Assembly (NCBI GenBank): GCA_946623825.1
Contig: CAMORN010000002.1
Span: 20,237 to 84,236 of the forward strand
DNA from: an uncultured Alphaproteobacteria bacterium
GTDB lineage: Bacteria; Pseudomonadota; Alphaproteobacteria; Rs-D84
DNA length: 64,000 bases
Direction: 5' to 3'
How positions within the stretch are numbered: position 1 is the stretch's first letter; every line of letters begins with the position of its first letter. The position numbers and the translations under genes are program-made. Positions 19,655 to 29,088 of this stretch are shown one piece after another. The notes below the pieces were generated by a model. That model was not told the origin of the DNA. It ran no database searches and saw only the letters and a program-made list of their open reading frames with translations.

Positions 19655-20419
19655 ATGCAAAAATGGGAAAAAGCGCTTGATAAATTTATGCAAGATTATG
19701 TAAATAAACCTTGGTTTGAAGGGGCTGTTTTATGTGGTTCTTATTCAACCGGAAATCAAAATAAATTTTCCGATATAGATGTTGTTATCGTTGGTTCTAA
19801 TGATATAGGTTTTCAGGAAAAATCAAATCGTTATGTTGATGGTTTTTTGATGGAATACACCATAAATCCAATATATAAAGTCCAAGAATATATGAAATCT
19901 GGCAAAGATAAAAACAGAATGATTGATCAATTTATGTATGCATACGGTGTTGTTTTGTATGATAAACATGGTGTTATAAAAAAATTACATCAACAGGCCG
20001 TGCGTGATTTAAAAGCAAAAATAAAACCTTTGTCTAAATATTCTGCTGAATTTGTAAAATATCATTTATGGGACAGATATGACGAATTACAATCATTGAA
20101 TCATGATGGTTTTCACACAGATTTAACATATTGGTCTTTGGTAAAAGAATTGATAGTTGCTTATTATGATTTTAATTGTTTGCCTCATGTTTCTTGGTCA
20201 AAGATAGAAAAAATTTTAACAAATAAAGATTTTGCAAAACGTTATCATGCAGATAAATTGCCAGATAAAAAATTTACAACATTGTTGTTAAATTGTTTTA
20301 ATGCAAAACAGAAAGAAAAAATGTCTGCTATAGATAAATTATATAAACATGTTATGAAATCTGGCGGTGGTTTTGAAATTGGACAATTCCGTGGAAAACA
20401 TAAAATCGAAAAGAGATAA
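19655..20419 (+). CDS. Nucleotidyltransferase-domain protein (Pol-beta superfamily; ANT/Lnu-like minimal NTase with a helical C-terminal domain)
   Basis: GAVLCGSYSTGNQNKFSDIDVVIVGS is the GS...DxD nucleotidyltransferase signature. About 254 aa, the same size and layout as aminoglycoside/lincosamide nucleotidyltransferases. The ORF-track start at 19631 contains the RBS AGGGAG, so ATG 19655 is preferred. Confidence 0.55.
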   Translation: MQKWEKALDKFMQDYVNKPWFEGAVLCGSYSTGNQNKFSDIDVVIVGSNDIGFQEKSNRYVDGFLMEYTINPIYKVQEYMKSGKDKNRMIDQFMYAYGVVLYDKHGVIKKLHQQAVRDLKAKIKPLSKYSAEFVKYHLWDRYDELQSLNHDGFHTDLTYWSLVKELIVAYYDFNCLPHVSWSKIEKILTNKDFAKRYHADKLPDKKFTTLLLNCFNAKQKEKMSAIDKLYKHVMKSGGGFEIGQFRGKHKIEKR

Positions 20420-20430
20420 AAGGAAATAAA

Positions 20431-21195
20431 ATGATAACCAATGCTTTTGATAGTTCTACACCAGCAATTATAAATCCAAGAGAAAATTCAAATGCTGTTG
20501 TTGTTGATGCGTGTATCATAACTTTTTCATATAAAATAGAAGAATATGTTTTATCACACTTTAAACCAAAACAAATTGGTGAAATTCATTTTGCTACCGG
20601 TATAACACCAATATGGATGATAGAAAGAAATGGTAAAAAATTTGCATTTTTTAAAACTTATGTTGGGGCGCCTGCATGTGTTGGTTCTATTGAAGATTCT
20701 TTAGGTGAAATTAAAACAAAAAAATATGTTCTTTTTGGTGGTGCTGGTTGTTTAAATAAAGAAATTGCACGCGGTAAAATAATGATTCCAAATGCAGCAT
20801 GGCGTGATGAAGGAACTTCTTATCATTATATGCCTACAAGCGATTGGGTTGATGTTCCTAATTATAAAAAAGTATGTAAATTCATGGAACAAAGCAAATT
20901 ACCGTTTGTTATTGGTAAAACATGGACAACAGATTCATTCTATCGTGAAACACGTGGTAATTTTGAAAAACGCAAGACAGATGGTTGTATAAGTGTTGAA
21001 ATGGAATGTGCTGGTGTTCAGGCAATGTGTGATTTTCGTGAACTTGATTTTTATGTATTCTTTACAAGTGGTGATTTATTAGATGCACCTGAATGGGATA
21101 ACAGACATAGTTTTGATGGAACAGAAACAGGTTCCCAGCATGATGCACAACATTTTGAAATTGCACTTGAATTAGCAGAATTTATAAGTAAATAA
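20431..21195 (+). CDS. PNP/UDP-family nucleoside phosphorylase-like protein
   Basis: LFGGAGCL and VEMECAGV motifs correspond to the phosphate-binding and EMEsAA motifs of purine/uridine phosphorylase family 1; 254 aa. Confidence 0.6.
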   Translation: MITNAFDSSTPAIINPRENSNAVVVDACIITFSYKIEEYVLSHFKPKQIGEIHFATGITPIWMIERNGKKFAFFKTYVGAPACVGSIEDSLGEIKTKKYVLFGGAGCLNKEIARGKIMIPNAAWRDEGTSYHYMPTSDWVDVPNYKKVCKFMEQSKLPFVIGKTWTTDSFYRETRGNFEKRKTDGCISVEMECAGVQAMCDFRELDFYVFFTSGDLLDAPEWDNRHSFDGTETGSQHDAQHFEIALELAEFISK

Positions 21196-21205
21196 AAGGA
21201 AAAAA

Positions 21206-21757
21206 ATGTTGAAATTAGTCAAAGTATCACCTGAATATGCGGATATATTTTTATTTGCAGTAAATGAATATAGAACAGATACTGCTAAATTTGGTTTAGA
21301 CAGTATGCATCAATTATTAAAAACAATTGATGATGGTAAATTTGACGAATGGCTTGAAAAAGCACGCAAAAACGATATTGGCTTAGATTTACCAGACGGT
21401 TGGATAAGCAACACTAAATATTGGTTATTGGATAATGACGAATATATTGGTTCTTTCACTTTGCGTCATGATTTAAATGAAACACTTATGAAATGGGGTG
21501 GACATATTGGTTATATAATTCGTCCATCAAAGCGAGGGCAAGGTTATGCGTTTAAGGGACTTGAACTGGTATTAGCAGAGGCATCAAAACGCGGACTGAA
21601 ACGGTGTTTAATTACATGTAATACCGAAAATGATGCTTCTTTTGCAGTTATAAACAAAGCAAAAAATATTTATGGTGGTGAACAATTAGAAGACAGTCAT
21701 CTTGACGGATTTTCAGAACATCGTGTTTGGGTAAATACAATAAAGGAAACAAAATGA
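21206..21757 (+). CDS. GNAT-family N-acetyltransferase
   Basis: The acetyl-CoA binding motif RGQGYAFKGLELVLAEA plus predicted GNAT-fold secondary structure pattern. Confidence 0.5.
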   Translation: MLKLVKVSPEYADIFLFAVNEYRTDTAKFGLDSMHQLLKTIDDGKFDEWLEKARKNDIGLDLPDGWISNTKYWLLDNDEYIGSFTLRHDLNETLMKWGGHIGYIIRPSKRGQGYAFKGLELVLAEASKRGLKRCLITCNTENDASFAVINKAKNIYGGEQLEDSHLDGFSEHRVWVNTIKETK

Positions 21758-22305
21758 AAAATTTAACAGAATTTCCACAAATAATAAAAACACCAAGATT
21801 GGTTTTGCGGGTTATTTTACCAACAATGGAAAATGCTGAAATTGGGTTAAATATAATTGAACAAAATCGTGATTATCTTGAAAACTGGCAGGGACATTTT
21901 GGTAAATTACATACTGTGGCAGAAGTTCTTGAAAAATTAAAACACAGATACGAACAAATATCTAAAAATGAAGGTGTTTTATTTGGTATTTATCATAATG
22001 ATAATTTAATAGGACGAATTCGTTTCTTTGATGTGAAAGATAATGGCTGTGAAATTGGTTATTGGTTAATACAATCTGTCAATGGTAATGGTTATATGAG
22101 CGAAGCATTATCTGGTTTAGAGAAAGAATTATTTAAATTCGGTTTCAAGAAAATAAAATTGGATATAGATAACGGAAATATTCATTCTGAAAATCTTGCA
22201 AAACGCAATGGGTATAAATTGGAAGAAACCCTGCCAATGGCCAGTTATGCAAAATGTGTCGGAAAATGTGATTCTTTGATTTATATAAAAAGAGAAGGCA
22301 GATGA
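21754..22305 (+). CDS. GNAT-family N-acetyltransferase (RimJ/RimL-like)
   Basis: IGRIRFFDVKDNGCEIGYWLIQSVNGNGYMSEAL...FKKIKLDIDNGNIHSENLAKRNGYKLE is a typical RimL-type GNAT. ATGA overlap with the upstream GNAT. Confidence 0.6.
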   Translation: MKNLTEFPQIIKTPRLVLRVILPTMENAEIGLNIIEQNRDYLENWQGHFGKLHTVAEVLEKLKHRYEQISKNEGVLFGIYHNDNLIGRIRFFDVKDNGCEIGYWLIQSVNGNGYMSEALSGLEKELFKFGFKKIKLDIDNGNIHSENLAKRNGYKLEETLPMASYAKCVGKCDSLIYIKREGR

Positions 22306-23078
22306 AATTAATTTGGCGACATAAAGATTTTGACGATGATTTAGATTTTATTTTGTTTCATCAGAAAGACGGAACACCAATTTGGTGGCAAAAACAGTTG
22401 TTTAAAGCATACCCTGATTTAGATTATGAATATGCGATATCTTTGTCTGAATCAAAAAGATTTGAATATATAACAGAACAAATGAAAATTCAGGCGGAAA
22501 AAAGAAAATCTGTTGTTGATAATTCTATCAAAATTTTTAGTGATAAATGGTCTGAAATTTCGGGTAAATTAAATGGTGTTTATAATTATGCCTTTGATAA
22601 CGATTGCAGCGATATTTTAAATGATATGGTTGCAAATGTTGGGTTAAACCCAATTTGTCCGCGTGATATACAAAATCATAGTTTTGATGTTTACCATTAT
22701 TTTGATTCACAATATGCAATAACAATCGCATTGCATGAAATAACACATTTTGTTTGGTTTTATTTCTGGAATAAACATTTCAAAGATAATGAAACTGAAT
22801 ATGATTTTCCAAGCATTAAATGGTTATTATCTGAAATAGTTGTTGAAACAATAATCAGAAATTCAGAAATAAATAATTTAATAAAACAGCCACAATATAT
22901 CGCATATTCTTATTTTTACGATATGACAATAAACGGTGAATTGATATTTGATATTATGAAAAAAATGTATCTGAATCGCACAGATATTTATGATTTTATG
23001 GAAAAATCGTTTAATTGGATAAAAAATAATGAATCTGAATTGCGTGAAAAAATAGCGGTCGCAGAATCAAAAGAATAA
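22302..23078 (+). CDS. Hypothetical protein with HExxH motif (ALHEITHFVW)
   Basis: 258 aa, ATGA-coupled to the upstream GNAT. It carries a metallopeptidase-like HEITH motif. No family recognised. Confidence 0.35.
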   Translation: MKLIWRHKDFDDDLDFILFHQKDGTPIWWQKQLFKAYPDLDYEYAISLSESKRFEYITEQMKIQAEKRKSVVDNSIKIFSDKWSEISGKLNGVYNYAFDNDCSDILNDMVANVGLNPICPRDIQNHSFDVYHYFDSQYAITIALHEITHFVWFYFWNKHFKDNETEYDFPSIKWLLSEIVVETIIRNSEINNLIKQPQYIAYSYFYDMTINGELIFDIMKKMYLNRTDIYDFMEKSFNWIKNNESELREKIAVAESKE

Positions 23079-23109
23079 TTATAAATTATAAAAAACAAAG
23101 GAGTAAAAA

Positions 23110-23487
23110 ATGGCAAAATATTCAATAACTAATTTTGGCACAATGGCAGATGTCGCAAAAACAGAATATGGCAAGGCTTTCTTGCACGACGCATTGAATT
23201 TAACATCTGCTGAAATTTCCGTCAGTGTTATGCCAGCGGGCGCAAAATCACCATTTAATCATATTCATAAACAAAACGAAGAAATCTATATTTTCTTGTC
23301 TGGTAATGGAAAATTTATGGTTGATGATGAAATTTTTGATATAAAACCAGGAACAGCTGTTCGTGTCGCAACCGGTGCAAAACGCGCAATGGAAAACACA
23401 GGCACAACAGAAATGCAATATATCTGTATTCAGGCAAAAGAAAATTCTTTGACACAATTTGCCTTTGCCGACGCAGAAATTTGTTAA
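23110..23487 (+). CDS. Cupin-domain protein
   Basis: 125 aa with the HIHKQNEEIYIFLSGNGKF...PGTAVRVATGAKRAMEN conserved cupin barrel motifs. Confidence 0.6.
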   Translation: MAKYSITNFGTMADVAKTEYGKAFLHDALNLTSAEISVSVMPAGAKSPFNHIHKQNEEIYIFLSGNGKFMVDDEIFDIKPGTAVRVATGAKRAMENTGTTEMQYICIQAKENSLTQFAFADAEIC

Positions 23488-23510
23488 AAGTGTAAAAATA
23501 TAAAAAAATA

Positions 23511-23540
23511 AAAAATACCGGCAAAAGCCGGTGTTTTTTG
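23511..23540 (+). terminator. Rho-independent terminator ending the NTase-to-cupin operon
   Basis: ATACCGGC-AAAA-GCCGGTGT hairpin followed by TTTTTT. Confidence 0.6.
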
Positions 23541-23615
23541 TATTTAGTATAAAGTTTGTGGAGATTTGTGAAATAATATTTATACATTGAAAAATAAGAT
23601 TTTTATGATACTATC

Positions 23616-23840
23616 ATGGCATTAACAAAAGGAGTAAAAATGAAAAAATTAGTAGTATTAGTTGCGTTGTTTTCTTTGGTTGGTATAACTGATGCAAGTG
23701 CTGGTTATTACAGAAATAGAAACTCTTTTACTGGCACATACACATCTACTGGTCGTACCAATAATTTAGGAACACATAGAGCACCAGCAGGTTATCATAC
23801 AACATCATATGGTACTGTTCAAAGAAATAGTATCTGGTAA
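23616..23840 (+). CDS. Small secreted hypothetical protein
   Basis: 74 aa with signal peptide MKKLVVLVALFSLVGITDASA and a Tyr/Thr/Arg/Asn-rich mature part. RBS AAGGAG 7 nt upstream of the inner ATG, and its own terminator downstream. Confidence 0.35.
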   Translation: MALTKGVKMKKLVVLVALFSLVGITDASAGYYRNRNSFTGTYTSTGRTNNLGTHRAPAGYHTTSYGTVQRNSIW

Positions 23841-23845
23841 AATTT

Positions 23846-23876
23846 AAAAAAGTGGCAATAAATTGCCACTTTTTTA
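23846..23876. terminator. Bidirectional terminator hairpin
   Basis: AAAAAAGTGGCAAT-AA-ATTGCCACTTTTTT. Confidence 0.55.
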
Positions 23877-23955
23877 TTTCAACTTTTGAACTTTTTGTAA
23901 ATATTAGTTTTTTAACAAAAAAAACACCCACAAGGGGTGCTTTTTTATTAAATCT

Positions 23956-24032
<77 letters not shown>

Positions 24033-24101
24033 ATAAGCAAAATCTATTATATATATTTAATTTGGACTGTCAAATAAAAAAAGCATTTTATCTTATTTTT
24101 T

Positions 24102-24908
24102 GTGAATTTATTGGTTGCTTGCATTGTATGTTTTTTGTTGCTAGAATCAGGGTATAAGGTGATTATCTTGGGAAAATATCTTAGAAAACAAATCAGAAGA
24201 TTTTTTCGTATTTTATACGGTTGGGGTGTTATCCAATGGATTTTGGCACTGATATATTATGTGCTGATTTGGTTTGTATATTTTACATCTGAAAAAGATA
24301 TCAAGGGTTTAAATGTCCTTAAAAAATATGGCAGAAAACCGGCTATTTTCGTATTTTGGCACGGGCGAACAATGATGTTATCACCGGTTATTGCATTGAA
24401 TCATGTTCGTGGTTATGCCATCGCAGACAGCAGGAAAGATGGTCGTGCAATTGCAAAAATGGAAAAATTGTTTGGGTTGCGCACTATTTATGGGTCGTCA
24501 TCTCATGGTGGGGTGTCTGTATTAAAGAAAGGTGTCAATGTTTTACGAAATGGTAATTTCTGTCTTGCGTTATCCCCAGATGGCCCAAATGGACCATCTA
24601 TGCGGTTTCATGATGGGGCATTATATTTTGCAAAAATGACGGGTGCACCAATTATACCGGTTTGTTATTCTTGTTCGCGTCCGTGGTTCTTGAATCGTTG
24701 GGACAGATATTTGTTGACACATCCTTTTTCTAAAATAGCGGGAGAGGTCGGAAAACCTATCTTTATAGATAAAAAAACACCAATTGAAGATTTTGAAAAA
24801 ATAAGAAAAAATTTGGAAGATTTAATGGTTAAACAGGCATATAATCTTGATAAAAAATTCACAGATTTCAAGGTTGAACAAGATTTAACCCCAAAAAATT
24901 TTGATTAA
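24102..24908 (+). CDS. DUF374-family protein (lysophospholipid acyltransferase-like) upstream of lpxK
   Basis: FWHGRTMML, YGSSSHGG and SPDGPNGPS match the conserved WHGR / RGSSSRGG / PDGPRGP blocks of DUF374 proteins that commonly neighbour kdtA/lpxK. Start codon uncertain (TTG at 24102). Confidence 0.55.
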   Translation: MNLLVACIVCFLLLESGYKVIILGKYLRKQIRRFFRILYGWGVIQWILALIYYVLIWFVYFTSEKDIKGLNVLKKYGRKPAIFVFWHGRTMMLSPVIALNHVRGYAIADSRKDGRAIAKMEKLFGLRTIYGSSSHGGVSVLKKGVNVLRNGNFCLALSPDGPNGPSMRFHDGALYFAKMTGAPIIPVCYSCSRPWFLNRWDRYLLTHPFSKIAGEVGKPIFIDKKTPIEDFEKIRKNLEDLMVKQAYNLDKKFTDFKVEQDLTPKNFD

Positions 24909-24922
24909 AAAAAAGATTTATT

Positions 24923-25849
24923 ATGAAAACACCAAACTGGTTTTTAAGAAAAAATTTAATTTCGTATATTTTATATCCATTTTCTGGGTTCTATTTTCTG
25001 GCGTCCAAATTTGTTTTTTTTATGCGTGAAAAAAGACAATTTGTATCAAATCGTCCTGTAATTTGTTTTGGGAATATTTTATCTGGCGGTGTTGGTAAAA
25101 CCCCAATTGTAAGACAGGTTGCTAAATATTTTGATTCACCAGTTGTTATGCGTGGTTATAAAAAATCTGCACAAACTGGCAATGTTGGTGATGAAGCAAA
25201 AATGTTATCAAATGACGGAATATTGGTTCATGTTGGAAACAGAAAAAGTAATTTAATTGTATTAAATAAACAATCTGAAAAAACACCAATTATTATGGAC
25301 GACGGTTTTCAAAATTCATCTATTAAAAAAGATATTTCAATATTGGTGTTTGATGAAAGTATTGGTTTTGGAAATGGGTTTTTATTGCCTGCGGGTCCTT
25401 TGCGTGAACCTGTTTCTGCAATTCACAGGGCAGATGCTATTATCGTAATCAGAAAGAAAAAAGTCGCAAATAATTTTAATTTGCCGACAAATATTCCTAT
25501 CTTTTATGCCAAGAACAAAGAAATATACCCATATGATGAAAAAACACCTGTTATCGCGTTTGCAGGTATTGGATATCCTGAAAAATTCTTTGATAATATA
25601 AATGCTAATTTGATTGAAACAAAATCTTTCCCAGACCATTATCAATATAATGATAATGATATCAAAGATTTAATAAACATGGCAGATGAAAAAAATGCTA
25701 AATTATTAACAACTGAAAAAGATTGGGTCAGATTGCCAGATTGGGCAAAAAAACAAATAAGATTTTCTGCGTTAAATACTGAAATTGAAAACGGTTTTTA
25801 TGATTGGTTAAAAGGAAAGGTAAATGACATCTCTAACAAAAAAAGTTAA
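24923..25849 (+). CDS. lpxK: Tetraacyldisaccharide 4'-kinase
   Basis: N-terminal membrane helix followed by the P-loop CFGNILSGGVGKTPIV, characteristic of LpxK. Confidence 0.8.
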   Translation: MKTPNWFLRKNLISYILYPFSGFYFLASKFVFFMREKRQFVSNRPVICFGNILSGGVGKTPIVRQVAKYFDSPVVMRGYKKSAQTGNVGDEAKMLSNDGILVHVGNRKSNLIVLNKQSEKTPIIMDDGFQNSSIKKDISILVFDESIGFGNGFLLPAGPLREPVSAIHRADAIIVIRKKKVANNFNLPTNIPIFYAKNKEIYPYDEKTPVIAFAGIGYPEKFFDNINANLIETKSFPDHYQYNDNDIKDLINMADEKNAKLLTTEKDWVRLPDWAKKQIRFSALNTEIENGFYDWLKGKVNDISNKKS

Positions 25850-26753
25850 GATTTCTGGAGTTGGTATTCATTCTGGAAATATTGTGAATATGGTTATAAA
25901 ACCATCTAAAAAATATGGTATTTTTTTTCAAAGAATTGATATACCAAATTCTGAATTGATTCCTGCAAGTTTTGATAATGTTGGGGAAACTTTGATGCGT
26001 AATACCACAATTGGTAAAACAAATGGTGCGCATGTCCAAACAATTGAACATTTAATGGCTGCCTTGTTTTTATTGGGTATAGACAGCGCGATTATTGAAA
26101 TAGATGGTCAAGAAACACCAATTTTGGACGGCAGTGCATACGAATTTATCAAGATGCTGGAAAAATATGTTGGTGCAAAAACCAAGATGAAAAAGATTAT
26201 TGTTAAAAAGACAATTGTTGCAAAAAGAAATGAATTGGTTAAACAAATGCATGGTTTCAAGAAATTAAAAACAATTATCTTTAACCATACAATTTGGAGA
26301 AAAGGTAACGGTTTTGTTAAATTATCTCCGAACAGCAAAGGCTTAAACATAGATGCAACATTGGTTTATAAAGATAAAATCATAGGAACACAATCTTATT
26401 CTTGTTTCTTGGACGGAACAAAAAGAACGAAAGATAAATTTATCAAAGATATTGCAAAATCAAGAACTTTCGGTAAATACAGTGAATGGGAATGGTTAAA
26501 GGCGCATGGTATGGGGCGTGGTGCAAATGAACATAATGTGATTGCTTTGAATGATACTGGTGATGGGACATTAAATAAATTATATTATAAAAACGAATTT
26601 GTTCGTCATAAAATCATAGACGCAATTGGTGATATGTTTACAAGTGGTGGTTTTGTGTATGCGAATCTTGAATCAGTTAAGGGGTCTCATGCGTTAAATA
26701 ATTTGGTTTTGCGTAAATTATTCAGTGACCCAGATAATTATGAAATCATATAA
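25824..26753 (+). CDS. lpxC: UDP-3-O-acyl-N-acetylglucosamine deacetylase
   Basis: KKVKISGVGIHSGNIVNMVIKPS N-terminus and the HEFVRHKIIDAIGDM zinc-site motif of LpxC. Confidence 0.85.
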   Translation: MTSLTKKVKISGVGIHSGNIVNMVIKPSKKYGIFFQRIDIPNSELIPASFDNVGETLMRNTTIGKTNGAHVQTIEHLMAALFLLGIDSAIIEIDGQETPILDGSAYEFIKMLEKYVGAKTKMKKIIVKKTIVAKRNELVKQMHGFKKLKTIIFNHTIWRKGNGFVKLSPNSKGLNIDATLVYKDKIIGTQSYSCFLDGTKRTKDKFIKDIAKSRTFGKYSEWEWLKAHGMGRGANEHNVIALNDTGDGTLNKLYYKNEFVRHKIIDAIGDMFTSGGFVYANLESVKGSHALNNLVLRKLFSDPDNYEII

Positions 26754-26770
26754 ACAAAAGGAGGAAAGAA

Positions 26771-27082
26771 ATGAAAAAATTATTATTACTGTCTTTATTT
26801 TTGGGCGCGTGTGCAACAACGGTACCTGAACAAGATAATGGTATTGTCAGATTGACCAGCGAACCAAAAAATTGTGAATATTTGTATAATGTTGATACAA
26901 CAATGACATCTTACAATGTAAAAGATGCCTATGAATTCCTTGAAAAAAGAATAATTGAACAAGATGGTCTGGGGGATACTTACTATATCACAGGCGAAGA
27001 AATTTTGAATAACGAAGGCGCAATATTTGGTCCAAAAAACACCTTTAAAATCAAATCAAAAGTTTATAAATGCAAAAAATAA
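26771..27082 (+). CDS. Small lipoprotein (hypothetical)
   Basis: Signal peptide with lipobox FLGAC; 103 aa. RBS AAGGAGGAAAG upstream and a terminator (27084-27110) downstream. Confidence 0.4.
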   Translation: MKKLLLLSLFLGACATTVPEQDNGIVRLTSEPKNCEYLYNVDTTMTSYNVKDAYEFLEKRIIEQDGLGDTYYITGEEILNNEGAIFGPKNTFKIKSKVYKCKK

Positions 27083-27083
27083 A

Positions 27084-27110
27084 CAAAAGTCGTAGAAATA
27101 CGACTTTTTT
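27084..27110 (+). terminator. Rho-independent terminator
   Basis: AGTCGTA-GAAA-TACGACT hairpin followed by TTTTTT. Confidence 0.6.
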
Positions 27111-27172
27111 AATACAATTTTGCCTTTATTTTATTTTATCTTTTGTGTTATAATACTTACACAGAAGAGAGA

Positions 27173-28423
27173 ATGATTAAGCAAATTATAACAGTTCATC
27201 ATAAAAAATTTGCGACAGGTCTATTTTGGCAACCTGTCAGTGTTGGTAATACAGCCTTTAATTATGCGAGACAACTGGCAAAAAATACAAAATATACACT
27301 GTTCACAGAATATAAATCTATGGTTGGTTTAACCAATGCAAGAAACGGTGCACATTTTTCGATGCCAAGTGCAGCTGCAGAAATTGTTGAACATTTTGCA
27401 GATTTAATTTCTTTCTTGGGTGTATTTCAGGCGGATAATGGTTTTTATTTGGTTGCGGTGCGTAATGGAATTATTATTCGTGATATTTTGATAGAATCTG
27501 AAACAAATGCCCGTGAAATTTATACTGAATTGTCAAATATACCTGATTGGGGTGCTTTGTTTGCGCCTGCGTCTTGGGGAATGCCTCGTTCTCAGGAAAA
27601 ATTTTTATCAGACATTATTCAAAATAACAATGTTGCGAGATTACGCAATATCAGTATCGTAAAATCTTTATTACCATCTATCTTTTTCATTGCGATTTTC
27701 GTGGTGGCATTCGTTTCGTTTTTATATTCACCAATGGGTAAAAGTATTATGCCACGCAAACGGGTAAATATAGATCCTGAATTAGCAGCAGAATACAAAC
27801 GCCAAATTGAATTAAAAAACAAAGAATTAGATGAACAATTCAATATTGTTAAGAAAGAAGTTGAACCATTAAATCGTCCATACGAACATTTACCAGATGT
27901 CATGGAACGCGCAAATTTGTGCTACAAGGCGATTGCTTTTGTTATGCAACCAGTTTCTGGTTGGAATCAGACATATACAAAATGTGATGAAAAATATGTA
28001 ACTGCTACATTTAAACGCGATTTTGGAACATTAAATGATTTTTATGATATTGGTTCTGAATTATTCCCAGGCGCGGTTGTTCAACAATTGTCTGAAAACG
28101 AAATATTGGTTCGTGTTATGTTGCCTGAATTAAAAACAGTTTCTTCTTTAGATGAACGCGATCAGGTCAGTGCTATGCGCGACATTACAACCAATTTCCA
28201 ACAAATAAACACTAAATTGCACATAAATGGTGTTTCGGATACTGTATCAAATGGGGAAGAAACCGAAAAATTAAATGTTATAGAGGTTTCTGCATCATCA
28301 AAAATGATACCGACTGAATTTATGAATGTGTTTAATGATTTTGGTGGTGTTTATATGACATCTGTAAATTGGAACGCAAACACAAGAACATGGAATTACG
28401 AAGTAATTGTTTATACAAAATAA
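27173..28423 (+). CDS. Bitopic inner-membrane protein; candidate type IVb pilus accessory protein (R64 PilO / BfpC / GspL-like)
   Basis: About 190-aa cytoplasmic N-domain, a single TM (LLPSIFFIAIFVVAFVSFLY), and an approximately 200-aa periplasmic C-domain. Size (416 aa) and position (immediately before a PilP-like protein, the ATPase and the platform) match R64 pilO-pilP-pilQ-pilR. A -10 TATAAT lies at 27149-54 and the RBS GAAGAGAGA precedes ATG 27173. Confidence 0.35.
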   Translation: MIKQIITVHHKKFATGLFWQPVSVGNTAFNYARQLAKNTKYTLFTEYKSMVGLTNARNGAHFSMPSAAAEIVEHFADLISFLGVFQADNGFYLVAVRNGIIIRDILIESETNAREIYTELSNIPDWGALFAPASWGMPRSQEKFLSDIIQNNNVARLRNISIVKSLLPSIFFIAIFVVAFVSFLYSPMGKSIMPRKRVNIDPELAAEYKRQIELKNKELDEQFNIVKKEVEPLNRPYEHLPDVMERANLCYKAIAFVMQPVSGWNQTYTKCDEKYVTATFKRDFGTLNDFYDIGSELFPGAVVQQLSENEILVRVMLPELKTVSSLDERDQVSAMRDITTNFQQINTKLHINGVSDTVSNGEETEKLNVIEVSASSKMIPTEFMNVFNDFGGVYMTSVNWNANTRTWNYEVIVYTK

Positions 28424-28439
28424 AAAAAGGAAAAATAAG

Positions 28440-29087
28440 ATGATTAATAAAATTCAGAAAATATTGTTATCAGTGTTGATTATATTTGGTTTTTCTGTCC
28501 CATCTTTTTCAGAAGAATTTATCGAAGAAGAAATTATCACAGAAGAAAATGCAGACCAAATATCTGCTGATGCGTTAAATAATTATGAAGTGAACGGTTC
28601 TTTGTTTGAAAGAATAACAACATTGGAACAAGAAAAAGTTGTTATGCAACTTGAAAAAGAAAGGGCACAGCTTGATTTAGAATTGGAAAGATTAAATGCT
28701 GAAAAAATAAAAATTCAAATGGAATTGGATACTTTGTCTGGGCGTGCAGAACAACAACAGCAAGAATTGGAAGCAACCAAGGCACAATTGGAAGCGCAAA
28801 CTGAAAAATTAAAACGTCAACTGGAAGAAGTAGAAGAAGAAAAACCTGTTGAAAGACCAACAAAAAAAGTTGTAGAAGGTGGTTTATCAAATCAATATAA
28901 ATTGGTTAATGTTATTGGTATTGGTAATCAATTACAGGCAACACTTGAAGAAGTTGCGACTGGTCAAAATAAACGCGTAAGTGTTGGTAAACAAATTGGT
29001 GGTTATATTGTAAAAAGCATTTCTTTAAATGACGGTATTATTTTTGAAAAAGACGGTCAGGAAGAAAACATAAATATTGGAAAATAA
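28440..29087 (+). CDS. PilP/GspC-like periplasmic protein (N-terminal anchor, coiled coil, C-terminal beta domain)
   Basis: N-terminal hydrophobic helix, acidic stretch, and a long coiled coil (LEKERAQLDLELERLNAEKIKIQMELD...). The C-terminal approximately 70 aa (YKLVNVIGIGNQLQATLEEVATGQNKRVSVGKQIGGYIVKSISLNDGIIFEKDG) resembles PilP/GspC homology-region domains. Confidence 0.35.
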   Translation: MINKIQKILLSVLIIFGFSVPSFSEEFIEEEIITEENADQISADALNNYEVNGSLFERITTLEQEKVVMQLEKERAQLDLELERLNAEKIKIQMELDTLSGRAEQQQQELEATKAQLEAQTEKLKRQLEEVEEEKPVERPTKKVVEGGLSNQYKLVNVIGIGNQLQATLEEVATGQNKRVSVGKQIGGYIVKSISLNDGIIFEKDGQEENINIGK

Positions 29088-29088
29088 T

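Noticed and set aside
19655-21195. The NTase + PNP-like pair as a CBASS-type (cyclic-oligonucleotide) defence system.
   Set aside because: The NTase is only about 254 aa with a KNTase-like helical C-domain, too small for typical CD-NTases. There is no Cap2/Cap3 or recognisable effector with a sensor domain, and the PNP-like protein has the size of a standard stand-alone phosphorylase. The idea is kept only as a low-probability alternative inside the operon finding.
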